Shown piece after piece: positions 52,722 to 63,913 of a stretch of 64,000 bases of DNA. Position numbers and translations under genes: made by a program. Numbering within the stretch: position 1 is the stretch's first letter; each line of letters opens with the position of its first letter. This stretch comes from an uncultured Fibrobacterota bacterium (GTDB lineage: Bacteria > Fibrobacterota > Chitinivibrionia > Chitinivibrionales > FEN-1185): positions 31,484-95,483 of the forward strand of contig CAVWBU010000034.1 of the NCBI GenBank assembly GCA_963753345.1, written 5' to 3'. Below the pieces are notes generated by a model that worked only from the letters and a program-made list of their open reading frames with translations, did not search any database and had not been told where the DNA came from.

Positions 52722-53200
52722 TTGGGCGTTCCCCTTTGTAGAGACGCACAGCCGTGCGTCTCTACAAAGGGTCGGCCGTCCTTCCGGTCTCGGCCTTCGG
52801 CCTCGGGCGGCCTGCCACGAAGGCCCTTCGGGCCGTGGTCAGGCCACACCGCGCTTTTGCGCGGCCTCCAGTCCTGCCTAACGCGCGTCAAAGGAAATCA
52901 ATTCTGTCAATTAATTCTTCTTGCGCCAATCGGAATGCTCAGAAGATCATTTTGTGCCATTTCTTCGGGTGATTGCTTCGCTACGCTCGCAATGACACTT
53001 GTTTTCTTTTATCTGCCTCTTAAGTATCGGCTTTTCAACTACTCAACTCTCTCAACCTCTCAACTACTCTTCTCGGGTGCCCCCACACAGGTGCTGGTTC
53101 TAGCAACCGCCTCCGCAAGGGGTGCACCCAGGAGGGGGTAGCGGAGGGATCCGCAGGCCGAAGGCCGAGGAGACCGTAGCGAGGGGGAATCTTCCCCCAC
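52722..53200 (+). repeat. Bipartite structured dispersed element, full copy with embedded REP-like hairpins
   Basis: ttgggcgttcccc-tttgtagagacgcacagccgtgcgtctctacaaa-gggtcgg...cctaacgcgcg...ttcaactactcaactctctcaac...gggtgccccc...ccaggagggggtagcgga...gagggggaatcttcccccac. Confidence 0.85.
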
Positions 53201-53228
53201 ATTAATGTTTTTTTTAAAATCGATTTAG

Positions 53229-55753
53229 TTATCCAACTACTATGTTCACCAATTTCCCGGGAACTACAATTACCTTCCTTACCGATTTCCCTTCAATATG
53301 CGGCTTTACTTTGTCAACTGCCATCGCGGCATCTTTCAATTGATCTTGCGTTGAATTCACCGGCGCCAAAAACTCCCCTCTCAATTTTCCATTTACTTGA
53401 ACTACGACCGTAACGGTGTCTTCTTTGGTAAGCGCCTCGTCGTAAGTCGGGCCATTTCTGGTTGAGCATAAAGCCCTTGTTCCCCAGCATTTCCCACGCC
53501 TCGTCGCAAAAATGCGGGGCGTAGGGCGCCATGAGCCGCAGCATCACCTCGAGGTCCTCGCGGGTGGCGCCCTTTGCCGACAGCTCGTTGAGATATTCCA
53601 TGAGCCTGGCAATTGCAGTATTGAACTGCATCCTGTCAAGGTCGGCGTGCACCTGCTTTATGGTACGGTGGCGGAGGCGTAGGTGCGGGTCGCCCTGCGG
53701 GCGCCTCTGCCTGCGTCGAATTCGTCAACGAGGCGGAACATCCTGCGGAGAAAGCGGCTGCAGCCCTCAATGGCGCGCGGGTCCCACGGCTTGGGAAGCT
53801 CGAAATCGCCCATGAACATCTCGTACAGCCGCAGCGTGTCGGCGCCGTACTGGCGGATCACGTCGTCCGGGTTGATGCCGTTGAGCTTTGACTTGGCCAT
53901 CTTTTCCACTACCGTCGAAAGCTTCTCCCCTGTCGACCGCAGAAATGCGTCCTCACCCTTTAATTCGGTTTCCGAGAACTCATGGTATTTCTGTGAAGCA
54001 TCTGTAAATGTCCGGGCCAGTACGGTCCCCTGGTGCCGCAGCTTCTTGAACGGCTCCTTGGTGGAAACGAACCCGAGGTCGTAGAGCACCTTGTGCCAGA
54101 ACCGCGCGTACAGCAGGTGCAGCACCGCGTGCTCGGCGCCGCCCACGTACAGGTCCACGTTCATCCATTCCCTGTCGTGCTGTTTTGTCCATGGTTCTGC
54201 GCCGTTGCGCGCGTCAAGATAGCGCAGATAGTACCAGCACGACCCGGCCCACTGGGGCATGGTGTTGGTCTCGCGCTTCGCGGGCCCGCCGCACGAGGGA
54301 CACGTGGTATTCACCCACGCCGGAATCGTTGCAAGCGGCGAGTCGCCGGTGCCCGATGGTTCGTATCTGTCAACTTCCGGCAGCAAAACCGGGAGCTGTT
54401 CTTCGGGGACCGCCACAATCCCGCACTTGTCGCAATGGACAAGCGGTATGGGCTCGCCCCAGTACCGCTGGCGCGAAAACAGCCAGTCGCGCAGCCGGTA
54501 CGTTATCGCTTTTTTGCCCAGGCTCCGGGCCGCAAGCTGCGCCGTGATCTTCTCCTTCGCCTTTGCGGTGGGCAGGCCGTTAAGATCGCCCGAATTGACA
54601 TTCACGCCCTCGCCCACGTACGCGGCATGCGGCAGCGTGGTTTCGTTGTTGTCCGGACGAACGACTTCAATGATCGGCAGTTTGAAGACCGTGGCGAATT
54701 CGAAGTCGCGCTCGTCGTGCGCGGGCACGGCCATGATCGCGCCCGTGCCGTAGGTGGAAAGCACGTAGTCGGCGATCCAGACCGGGATCTTACCGCCGTT
54801 CACCGGATTCACCGCATACGCGCCGGTAAAGACGCCGGTCTTTTCTTTTGTCAATTCCGTCCGTTCCAGATCGCTTTTCCTGCGCGCCTCCGCCTGATAT
54901 GCCCGGACCGCGGCCCTGCTGTTCCGGCGCGGTGAGTACGTCGACCAGGCGCATGTTCCGGAGACAGCACCATGTAGGTGGCGCCGTACAGCGTGTCGGG
55001 CCGCGTGGTGAAAACGCGCAGGTCCTTGCCGTCGGCTGCGCCGCCCGCAACCCGGAACACCACCTCGGCGCCCTCGGAACGGCCGATCCAGTTCTTCTGC
55101 ATCAGAAGCGTGGATTCGGGCCAGTCCACTTCGTCAAGGTCCGCCAGCAGCCTGTCGGCGTACTGCGTGATGCGCAGCAGCCACTGGCGCAGGGCCTTGC
55201 GCTCCACCTGGGTGCCGCACCGCTCGCACAGTCCGGCCTTCACTTCCTCGTTGGCGAGCCCGGTCTTGCACGACGGGCACCAGTTGATGGGCATCACGCC
55301 TTCGTAGGCAAGGCCCTTCTTGAACAGCTGGAGAAATATCCATTGCGTCCATTTGTAGTATGCCGGGTCGGTGGTGTTCACCTCGCGGTCCCAGTCGTAG
55401 CAGAACCCCACCGAATCTATCTGCCGCCTGAAATTCGCAATGGATTTTTCGGTGGTGATGCGCGGGTGGATGCCGGTCTTGATGGCGAAATTTTCCGCGG
55501 GCAGGCCGAACGCGTCCCACCCCATGGGGTGCAGCACGTTGTAGCCCTGCATGCGCTTGAACCGCGTGATGATGTCGGTGGCGGTGTAGCCTTCGCAGTG
55601 TCCCACGTGCAGGCCCGAGCCCGACGGGTACGGGAACATGTCGAGCGCGTAGTACTTGGGCCGCGCGGGGTCGAATTCCGTTTTGTGAAGTTTGGCCTCG
55701 CGCCACCTCGCCTGCCATTTGGGTTCAATCTCATTCGGCTTGTACTCAGACAC
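53229..55753 (-). CDS. leuS: Leucyl-tRNA synthetase, split by several frameshifts (probably assembly errors)
   Basis: [14 protein letters not shown] (HIGH-type), [41 protein letters not shown] (KMSKS-type), C-terminal LVNIVVG; spread over ORFs 54851..55774, 53658..54854, 53314..53652 and a final frame. Confidence 0.93.
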
Positions 55754-55813
55754 GGCTTGCTCCTCTACACCCATCTTCGTGTTATCTGTGTCTCCGTTGT
55801 GATATTTCTCACC

Positions 55814-56760
<947 letters not shown>

Positions 56761-56764
<4 letters not shown>

Positions 56765-57690
56765 AGTGCCTTCACCTTCACTTCCTCCATGAGTTGCCAT
56801 ACCTCATCGCGCGTTACGCAACCGGGCCCGCGATGCATCGCCTTTGACGCGCCGCAGGCGACCGCCATGCGGCACATTTCCGAAAAAGAAAACTTCCGCG
56901 CGTATCCTACGAGCAGGCCGCCGAGCAGCGCGTCCCCGCATCCCACGGTGTCGACGGCCTTCACCGCAGGCGCGCCGCACAGAAGGCAGTCGTTTTCGTG
57001 GATCGCTATCATGCCGTCGGAACCGAGCGTGACAAACACATATTCCACGCCCATGTCCACCAGCCGCTTCCCCTTGAGCGCGATGTGGTGCACGCCCTGG
57101 ATTTGCTCGCCGAAGAACTGCTCGAGCTCGCTTTGGTTCGGCTTCACCATCATGGGCTTTGCGCGCGCGCCCACCTTGAGCGCCTCTCCCCTTCCGTCAA
57201 GGACCGTTGAAGCGCCCTTTTCCCTGCAGAAACGGACGAGCCTGCGAAACGCCTCCGTCTCGAACCCGCGCGGCAGGCTGCCGCAGAACGCCCACACATC
57301 GCCCGCGGCCATGTACGAGCGGACAAAATGCAGGGCCTCGTCCTGGCAGCGCAAAGAAAGCGGCCGACCCGCTGCGCTGATGTGCGTGGTCTCGCCCGAA
57401 GCGCTCTCCAGAATCGTGGCGTTCACGCGCGCGCTTCCCTTTACGGAAAAGAAACGCGCCCCTATGCCGAGGCCCTTCAGGTAATCGGTGAACTGCTGTA
57501 TGCTGTATTCGGGGACGATGCCGACAACGGTCACGTCTTCGCCGAGGATCCTTGCCACAGTCGCCACGTTGATGCCCTTGCCCGCAGGATACATGCTCGA
57601 CGCCGCATCCGTAACGGTTGCGCCCGGCTTGAGTTCCGCAACATCGTAGACAACGTCGAAGGCCGGGTTGAGGAGGGTGGTAAAAATCAA
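56761..57690 (-). CDS. 1-phosphofructokinase-family hexose kinase (PfkB)
   Basis: [34 protein letters not shown]. Confidence 0.92.
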
Positions 57691-57908
57691 TGTCGCGGAC
57701 TCCTGGCAAATTTTCCGAGAGTTTACAAAGGACTAATCGGATTTGTCTGTTGATGAAAATACAATACTTTGAAATTGCATGGGGAAAAAAGTGCGGAAAT
57801 CGGGCAAAAAGACACAAATTAGAGCTGGAATCAAAAAAGAATTGCAAGCCCGCAGTGGATTCGTTATATTTGTATTACAACGATGTTGTTGTATTTCAGG
57901 AGGAACAA

Positions 57909-58127
57909 ATGACCACCTTAATTTCATTGCGGTTGCCTGCGAATATTCTGAAACCCTTGGACAAATTATCGGTAAATTCAGAACGTCCCCGTACCTATTT
58001 AATAAAAAAGGCATTAGAAAACTATCTCGAAGAATATGAAGATTATCAAATTGCGATGGACCGTCTGCACGATAAGGAAGACGAGATTATTTCGCCGGCC
58101 GAACTAAGGAGGAAACTTGGCGTATAA
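57909..58127 (+). CDS. Ribbon-helix-helix antitoxin
   Basis: MTTLISLRLP...ERPRTYLIKKALENYLEEYED; overlaps the toxin start. Confidence 0.85.
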   Translation: MTTLISLRLPANILKPLDKLSVNSERPRTYLIKKALENYLEEYEDYQIAMDRLHDKEDEIISPAELRRKLGV

Positions 58128-58368
58128 ACTCTTCTATAAAGCCTCGGTTTCCAAAGATTTAAAAAAACTGGACAAAGATGATATAAGCCGAATTCTCAAT
58201 GGAATTGAAGAAAGAATTGTTCCCGATCCATATTTGGGAAAAAGTCTCAAAGGTGATTTCAGGGGTTGCTACCGGTATCGGTTTGGAAACTTCCGAGTAA
58301 TCTACGCAATATCAAAACAAGATATCTTGATACTCCGCATCGGTCACCGAAAAGAAATTTATCGATAA
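58117..58368 (+). CDS. RelE/ParE-family type II toxin
   Basis: KDLKKLD, GKSLKG, YRYRFGNFRVIY, LRIGHRKEIYR. Confidence 0.92.
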   Translation: MAYKLFYKASVSKDLKKLDKDDISRILNGIEERIVPDPYLGKSLKGDFRGCYRYRFGNFRVIYAISKQDILILRIGHRKEIYR

Positions 58369-58372
58369 TACG

Positions 58373-58466
58373 CTGTATCAAGCGGTTCAAACCATGACCG
58401 AACGCTGGTCCCAAACGCTCCCCTTGGTCGCGTTTCCCGCGTCGGCAAATTAACCGTACGTTAGGT
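58373..58466 (+). other. attC recombination site (R'' box mutated)
   Basis: ctgtatc-aagcg-gttcaa ... ttaac-cgtac-gttaggt; cggttcaa/ttaaccg pair with one extrahelical base; inner stems ccgaacgc/gcgtcgg and aaacgc/gcgttt. Confidence 0.75.
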
Positions 58467-58483
58467 CATTAAGGGAAATCTTT

Positions 58484-58828
58484 ATGCGCTCGTTATGCAT
58501 TTTATTACTATCTTTGCTGGCTTCCTGTGGAAATATCAAAACAATAAATCACCTGTCTAACCTTAAAGGATCGGTCAGTTGGTGGAAAGAAATTGATAGG
58601 CATAATAGGGACAGCCTTACCACCGATTCGTGCCAATGCAGAAAAAGAATATTCACTCTATTCAGAGTGTCGAAATCGGATAGCAACAAATATCATTATT
58701 CATATATTTATGCGTCAGACAGTGCAAATGGACAGTTATTATTCACCTATCCCCATTATTATTACAGCGACAGCCGCATACTATTTAATGATAGCTGTAG
58801 GATAAAGGAAATGTTATTTGGGCAATAA
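58484..58828 (+). CDS. Hypothetical lipoprotein (gene cassette)
   Basis: Lipobox LASC; starts 18 nt after the attC R' box; AT-rich. Confidence 0.65.
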   Translation: MRSLCILLLSLLASCGNIKTINHLSNLKGSVSWWKEIDRHNRDSLTTDSCQCRKRIFTLFRVSKSDSNKYHYSYIYASDSANGQLLFTYPHYYYSDSRILFNDSCRIKEMLFGQ

Positions 58829-58856
58829 TCAAATCCATCAGGAATAAACTAACGAA

Positions 58857-58922
58857 ACATATCAACGCCTTCAAGCATGACACCACTGCGGTTGTACCGG
58901 CGGCCTAACGCGGCCGTAATCT
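58857..58922 (+). other. Degenerate attC-like site
   Basis: catatc-aacgc-cttcaa-gcatgacac matches the 5' ends of the 58373 and 63775 sites; the right arm is decayed. Confidence 0.45.
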
Positions 58923-58938
58923 TCTTCCAGGAGAAAGA

Positions 58939-59757
58939 ATGAAGCTCCTCGTCCATCATGTTTTGTTTTTTATGCTCTTTGTATTTCTATCCTGTTCCTT
59001 CCTCGGCTGCGCCTCCTCCCTGTCCGGTCGTAAAATCTTTGAAATCACCGATGAAACCGAGATGCAGGGATGCACGAAACTGGGCCTTGTCACCGGGAAA
59101 TCACATTGGGGCGGACTAACGGGCCAGGAAGCGAGTTTACAAGTAGCAAAGAATAGAGCGTTGAGTCACGCCAGGGCCAAAGGAGCAACGCATGTTTTGT
59201 GGCTGGATATGAAGACCGGCTATCTTGGCGCTTCGGTTTCGGGACAGGCGTATGCCTGTCCAAGCGCAAAGAGTGCAACTGCAGGAAATTCCGATACCGC
59301 ATCGAAAATAATTCCCCTGTCAAAATCGCTGACGTCAAAGAAGCGGGCAACCGGGGGTAATGCGGCGGTCATGCGGTTTGAATTCACCGGTGTCGACAGC
59401 GGCGTTTCGATGGTGATCACGGATATTTTCACCAATCAATTACAGGCCGCGGGGAAATACAGGGTCATGGAACGGTCTCAAATGAACAAGATTTTGAGCG
59501 AACAGGGATTCCAAAGCAGCGGCGCGTGCAACTCGACCGAATGCGCGGTCGAAATAGGAAAATTGCTGAGTATTGACAAAATGTTTATCGGCAGCATCGG
59601 CAAGCTCGGTGAAAGCTGGTTTATCAGTATCAGAATTGTGAATGTCCAAACCGGAGAAATAGTATCCAATGTATCGAAACAGGTTGTAGGCAAAGTCGAC
59701 AATTTAAGCGCGGCGGCAATTCAAATGGCAAATGAGTTTTCTCTGGAAAATCAATAG
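58939..59757 (+). CDS. Lipoprotein with a DUF4156-like N-domain and a CsgG-like C-domain
   Basis: LGC lipobox; GCTKLGLVTG...AKGATHV...AYAC; YRVMERSQMNKILSEQGFQ...EIGKLL...GSIGKLG...RIVNVQTGEI. Confidence 0.75.
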   Translation: MKLLVHHVLFFMLFVFLSCSFLGCASSLSGRKIFEITDETEMQGCTKLGLVTGKSHWGGLTGQEASLQVAKNRALSHARAKGATHVLWLDMKTGYLGASVSGQAYACPSAKSATAGNSDTASKIIPLSKSLTSKKRATGGNAAVMRFEFTGVDSGVSMVITDIFTNQLQAAGKYRVMERSQMNKILSEQGFQSSGACNSTECAVEIGKLLSIDKMFIGSIGKLGESWFISIRIVNVQTGEIVSNVSKQVVGKVDNLSAAAIQMANEFSLENQ

Positions 59758-59804
59758 ATAAAATGCCAACATGCGGTTCGGGATAACCTTTCAGAAGAAG
59801 CATT

Positions 59805-60854
59805 ATGATTAAACGCTTGGCCCTGGCGCTCCTTCTGCACGCATCCGCCATGTACGCAGGACAGGCCAACCTTTCGTGGTACACGAGTCCCCTCCTGGGC
59901 GAGACGGTTTTCTACGCGGTTATTCTGCCCGATTCGTACGCACAGGATGCGGCGCAGGGCAAACGCTTGCCCGTCCTTTACCTGCTGCACTGCGCCGGCT
60001 GTGACGATGCGACATGGCTCCAGCCCGGTATGGGCAACCTGGATACGCTCATCGACAGCGCGCATTTTATCGCGGTCGCGCCCTCCGACGGCGGCAGGTA
60101 CGGATGGTGGCTCGACAGTCCCAAACATGCCAATTACATGCATTCCCGATTTTTGGTGGAAGAGCTCAAGCCGAAAATCGATTCGCTCTATGCAACGCTC
60201 CCCGACCGTCTCAGCACCGGCGTGGCAGGCTGGAGCATGGGAGGTTTCGGCGCCCTGCATAATGCCATAACGCATCCGGACGTTTACGGTGCCGCCTTCA
60301 GCATAAAAGGCGGTCTGGACCTCACGCTTCCGCTCAACCCGAACTGGACCAGCGACTTTGGATTATACAACGATCTGGGAGATTCACTGGCAGATTCGGT
60401 GAACTATAATGCAGTCAACATTTTGCTCAATATTCACCGCCTTAAAGGAGCAAGCGTCCATCTGGGGTCGTACGGCGGACGAAATGATGCATGGTTTGCA
60501 ATAGAGAACCGGCGGCTCGACACCATCATGACCGGCCTCTCCATGCCTCATCTCTTTTTTGAGACCGACGAAGACCACGTTGGCGTTCCGGACAGCTCCA
60601 TGCTCCGGGTGCTGCGGTTTTTCGACTCGGTATTTGTCCATTCCGCCGCCGCGGTCCGCCCGGTCGCAGGCTTTAACGCCCGGACACGCCGGGCAATGCC
60701 TGCGGGCAATGTGGTGTGGTATGACATCCGTGGACGCCGGCTTGCGGTGTTTCCTGCGGCTGACAAAAGGTATTTTCAACATGATGCGTCAGGAATAAGA
60801 ATTGCGGCAATGCCTGATGACGTTTACCGGGTTTTCTTTTACGCAGCGCCTTGA
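59805..60854 (+). CDS. Secreted alpha/beta-hydrolase (putative esterase)
   Basis: LPVLYLLH, EELKPKID, GWSMGG nucleophile elbow; CTD-like WYDIRGRR. Confidence 0.85.
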   Translation: MIKRLALALLLHASAMYAGQANLSWYTSPLLGETVFYAVILPDSYAQDAAQGKRLPVLYLLHCAGCDDATWLQPGMGNLDTLIDSAHFIAVAPSDGGRYGWWLDSPKHANYMHSRFLVEELKPKIDSLYATLPDRLSTGVAGWSMGGFGALHNAITHPDVYGAAFSIKGGLDLTLPLNPNWTSDFGLYNDLGDSLADSVNYNAVNILLNIHRLKGASVHLGSYGGRNDAWFAIENRRLDTIMTGLSMPHLFFETDEDHVGVPDSSMLRVLRFFDSVFVHSAAAVRPVAGFNARTRRAMPAGNVVWYDIRGRRLAVFPAADKRYFQHDASGIRIAAMPDDVYRVFFYAAP

Positions 60855-60904
60855 CCGGCGCCAACATCGGCAAACGATAAAATCCTTTTTTTCAACCTTG
60901 ATCC

Positions 60905-61372
60905 ATGCGAAGAAAAGACAAAGAAATATCGGCCATTGCCGAAATTGAGGCCATACTGCATTCCGCGCCGGTCTGCCGGATCGGTATGTTCGGTCCGCGG
61001 TATCCGTACATTGTGCCGGTCAATTTCGGTTATCGCGACAGGCAACTATTTGTGCATTCTGCGAATAAAGGATTGAAGCTGGAATTAATGAGGAAGAATC
61101 CAAACGTTTGTTTTGAAATCGACACGGAAATTGAAATAAGAAAGAGTGAAAAAGCCTGCAACTTTGGAACGAGCTACAAGAGTGTGATTGGATTTGGAAA
61201 GGCTATATTTGTTAAGGATACCGCTGACAAAATAATGGGGTTAAACTGTATCATGGAAAAATACTCGCCCGGGAAAACATATGATTATGATCAATCTGAA
61301 ATTGATAAAATAGTAATGCTGAAAATCAACATAGAATCAATCACGGGAAAAACCTCGGGGAATAGGAGCTAA
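60905..61372 (+). CDS. Pyridoxamine 5'-phosphate oxidase-like flavin-binding protein (NimA-like family)
   Basis: MRRKDKEI, PYIVPVNFGY, HSANKGLK, NPNVCFE, YKSVIGFG, ITGK. Confidence 0.9.
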   Translation: MRRKDKEISAIAEIEAILHSAPVCRIGMFGPRYPYIVPVNFGYRDRQLFVHSANKGLKLELMRKNPNVCFEIDTEIEIRKSEKACNFGTSYKSVIGFGKAIFVKDTADKIMGLNCIMEKYSPGKTYDYDQSEIDKIVMLKINIESITGKTSGNRS

Positions 61373-61387
61373 CAGGTTTTAGCCGTC

Positions 61388-62404
61388 ATGAAAAAACTTT
61401 CCTCATTTCTTTTCGTCTTTGTCGTCGTGCTTATGGTCGGCTATCCTGTCGCCTATTGTACCTATAAACAGCACAATTTTGCTTTAGTTCCCCACGACCA
61501 CGAAGCCTACTTTGCCATGACCGACGATCTCCTGAATAATGACATTGGAAATCCCTATAAATACCGGGTCTTAACCCCGCTGATCGTAAAAACACTTTCC
61601 GTACTGCCGGCCTACGATCCTGAAATCGCTTCCGCATTGACGCCTGCGCATAAAAAATATTTCTTCTATTTTACGCTCGTGGACTTTGTCTTTCTCTGTC
61701 TTTCGGCGGCATTGCTCTTTGTTATCGCCGTATCCGAATTCGCGATAACCCCGTCACTCGCGCTTTTCGGGTCCGTTGCTTTCGTGTTTTCATTTTTCAA
61801 CGTCACCTTCGGTCTGGTCGCCTCAACCGATGCGGGCGCATGCTTTTTTATCGCACTTTTGTATTATCTTTTTCTGCGAAAAAACGTTCTGCTATTTGCG
61901 GCAGCGGCGGTTCTGGGCATTTTGCAGAAGGAAACGACATGCATCGTCATGGTGCTTTTTCTTGTTGTAGAGTCGGTTCGGCAGGGCAAACCCCAGTGGA
62001 AATGGTTTGCGGCCATTATCCCCGCTGGCCTCGTCTATTTCCTTTTAAGGGCAGCCTTGCCGTCCGCCGGGTTCGAACACTATTTCAGCCCCGGATCGTG
62101 GGTCCATTCCCTATTGCTCCTGTTCTCGCCGGCAACCTACACAACGACTTTTCTTTTTCACACGTTTCTTGGCCACGCCCCCTTCCTCACCGTGCTTGTG
62201 CTCGACGTTTTTCTCATCATGCGAAAGCAGGCGCCTTTGTTCCCGCGGGCGTATCTTCTGCTGGTGCCGGCCTTGTTTTTGGTCGGCATGATGCTCGATC
62301 CCGGCAATAATGCGGGAAGAATAGCGGCATTCTCCATGGCCTGGATGCTGCCCTACGAGTTGACAATAGTGCAAACCATCATGAAACGGCTGAGGATGGT
62401 TTGA
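61388..62404 (+). CDS. Polytopic membrane protein (possibly GT-C-like)
   Basis: Multiple TM helices; PYKYRVLTP and LQKET motifs. Confidence 0.7.
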   Translation: MKKLSSFLFVFVVVLMVGYPVAYCTYKQHNFALVPHDHEAYFAMTDDLLNNDIGNPYKYRVLTPLIVKTLSVLPAYDPEIASALTPAHKKYFFYFTLVDFVFLCLSAALLFVIAVSEFAITPSLALFGSVAFVFSFFNVTFGLVASTDAGACFFIALLYYLFLRKNVLLFAAAAVLGILQKETTCIVMVLFLVVESVRQGKPQWKWFAAIIPAGLVYFLLRAALPSAGFEHYFSPGSWVHSLLLLFSPATYTTTFLFHTFLGHAPFLTVLVLDVFLIMRKQAPLFPRAYLLLVPALFLVGMMLDPGNNAGRIAAFSMAWMLPYELTIVQTIMKRLRMV

Positions 62405-62438
62405 CAGAGCGGACAAAATCAATCTTGGAACCCTACGT

Positions 62439-62588
62439 ATGAAAGCGATGGTGTACACAAAATACGGGCCGCCGGATGTTCTGCAATTGCGGGAGGTCGC
62501 CACACCCGCTCCCCGGGACGATCGGCAATGGCAGCGGTACACAAAGCTAATTGCTGAAACCGGCAACTGTGTCGATGATTGCTCATGA
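62439..62588 (+). pseudogene. N-terminal fragment of an MDR/quinone oxidoreductase (NAD(P)-dependent ADH family)
   Basis: Translates MKAMVYTKYGPPDVLQLREVATPAPRDD, then unrelated sequence and a stop. Confidence 0.7.
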
Positions 62589-62748
62589 TACGTTGCTTTT
62601 GCAAAACAGTTGCACGATAGGCAGAGTGGATGCGCGATCCGCGCACTTGAGTTTGGAGTTGACAATTCGTTGATGCAAGTGTAAATTATTTTGTCTGATG
62701 ATGTGATGATGATGTCGTTTGAAAACTGACACCGGTTATGAGGGGAAA

Positions 62749-63780
62749 ATGGGAATAATTAACATCCCCGCAGAACTTTTCGCGAAAGAAAATCGCATGC
62801 GATTTGCAATATCTGTAGCATTAGCCGGTTCTACAGCAATTCTAGTCAAATCTTGGTATTTTCCAGTTTTCGATAAGAGCCTCTATTACTCATTGTGTAT
62901 CCCATTATTATTTTGTGTTTATTGGTTTCTTCTTGAAGGATCGGTTGACATAAGAAATGGCGTAAGGAAATATGCTAAGAAAAAAAAACTGAAATTAAGG
63001 GCATTTCTTTACAATCCTCTAGATAATTCAGACGAGAACATTAAATATTGGAAGGAATACGAAGAATTGTATAAAGGCTATTTCTCCGAAGAATTTGGAG
63101 ACCCAACTACGTCAGAGACATTGAAATGGTTGATAGACACTGCAAGAAAGTATCCGTATAAAAAAGGTGACGATTTGGATTTAATGATATTTGCTAAATC
63201 AAAATCAAGAATATGCGGTTTCCTGAAAATCTATTACATTTTTCGGTCAAATAACTTTGCATATTTTTCGTATGTTTTAAACAAGGAAGAAGCTAGAGAC
63301 GCTGTTTTGATTGTTCCAGAAATGATAAAGAAACTAAATCAGATTCTAAAAGACGAACTGCAAGGCTGCCTAGGGATAGTAGGCGACACTGGCAAATACG
63401 ACAAACTGAGAATCGAGCTTTTTCAGAAAAGGGCCAAAAGATTTTTTCATTCTACGCTTTGGAACCTTAACGACTACGGACTAGAATATGAATTACCTTG
63501 CACTGAGCCTAACGATGAATTTAAAAGTGAAACAAGGAAACCTACTACACTTCTTTATATTCGCACAAAAAACCACGCTAATTACAATATGGGTAATCAC
63601 CCTGGTCAGGAAGAAATACGGCAAATATTGCATTTTGTTTACAAGGTAGTATATGCTAATTGCTTTCCAGAAGATAAGGAGAAAAACGAAAGGTATCGGA
63701 AATACGCAGAGGGAATTCATAATAGAGTCTGGCCAAACTATTTGAAAACCATTAAATTGCATGAAGTAATCCCCTCATAA
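62749..63780 (+). CDS. 2-TM protein with a possible GNAT-like soluble domain (gene cassette)
   Basis: Very AT-rich ORF; two N-terminal TM helices; stop TAA overlaps the attC R'' box. Confidence 0.7.
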   Translation: MGIINIPAELFAKENRMRFAISVALAGSTAILVKSWYFPVFDKSLYYSLCIPLLFCVYWFLLEGSVDIRNGVRKYAKKKKLKLRAFLYNPLDNSDENIKYWKEYEELYKGYFSEEFGDPTTSETLKWLIDTARKYPYKKGDDLDLMIFAKSKSRICGFLKIYYIFRSNNFAYFSYVLNKEEARDAVLIVPEMIKKLNQILKDELQGCLGIVGDTGKYDKLRIELFQKRAKRFFHSTLWNLNDYGLEYELPCTEPNDEFKSETRKPTTLLYIRTKNHANYNMGNHPGQEEIRQILHFVYKVVYANCFPEDKEKNERYRKYAEGIHNRVWPNYLKTIKLHEVIPS

Positions 63781-63913
63781 CAACGCGCTCAATCATAACC
63801 TTCCGCATTTGCAAACACCCTTGTCTCGCGGTCGGTCGGTTCTTCATACAAGATTCGTGGTTTGTGGAGAGAAAATGTGGTCGTAGTCAGGCATATTAGG
63901 TCCGCCGTTAGAT
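63775..63913 (+). other. attC recombination site
   Basis: tcataac-aacgc-gctcaa ... ttagg-tccgcc-gttagat; inner inverted pairs ccgcattt/aaatgtgg, caaac/gtttg, cttgt/acaag. Confidence 0.75.

Noticed and set aside
53229-53430. AT-rich 3' end of leuS as an integration-replaced gene end
   Set aside because: No duplicated 3' end or integrase nearby; several other genes also become AT-richer at their ends.
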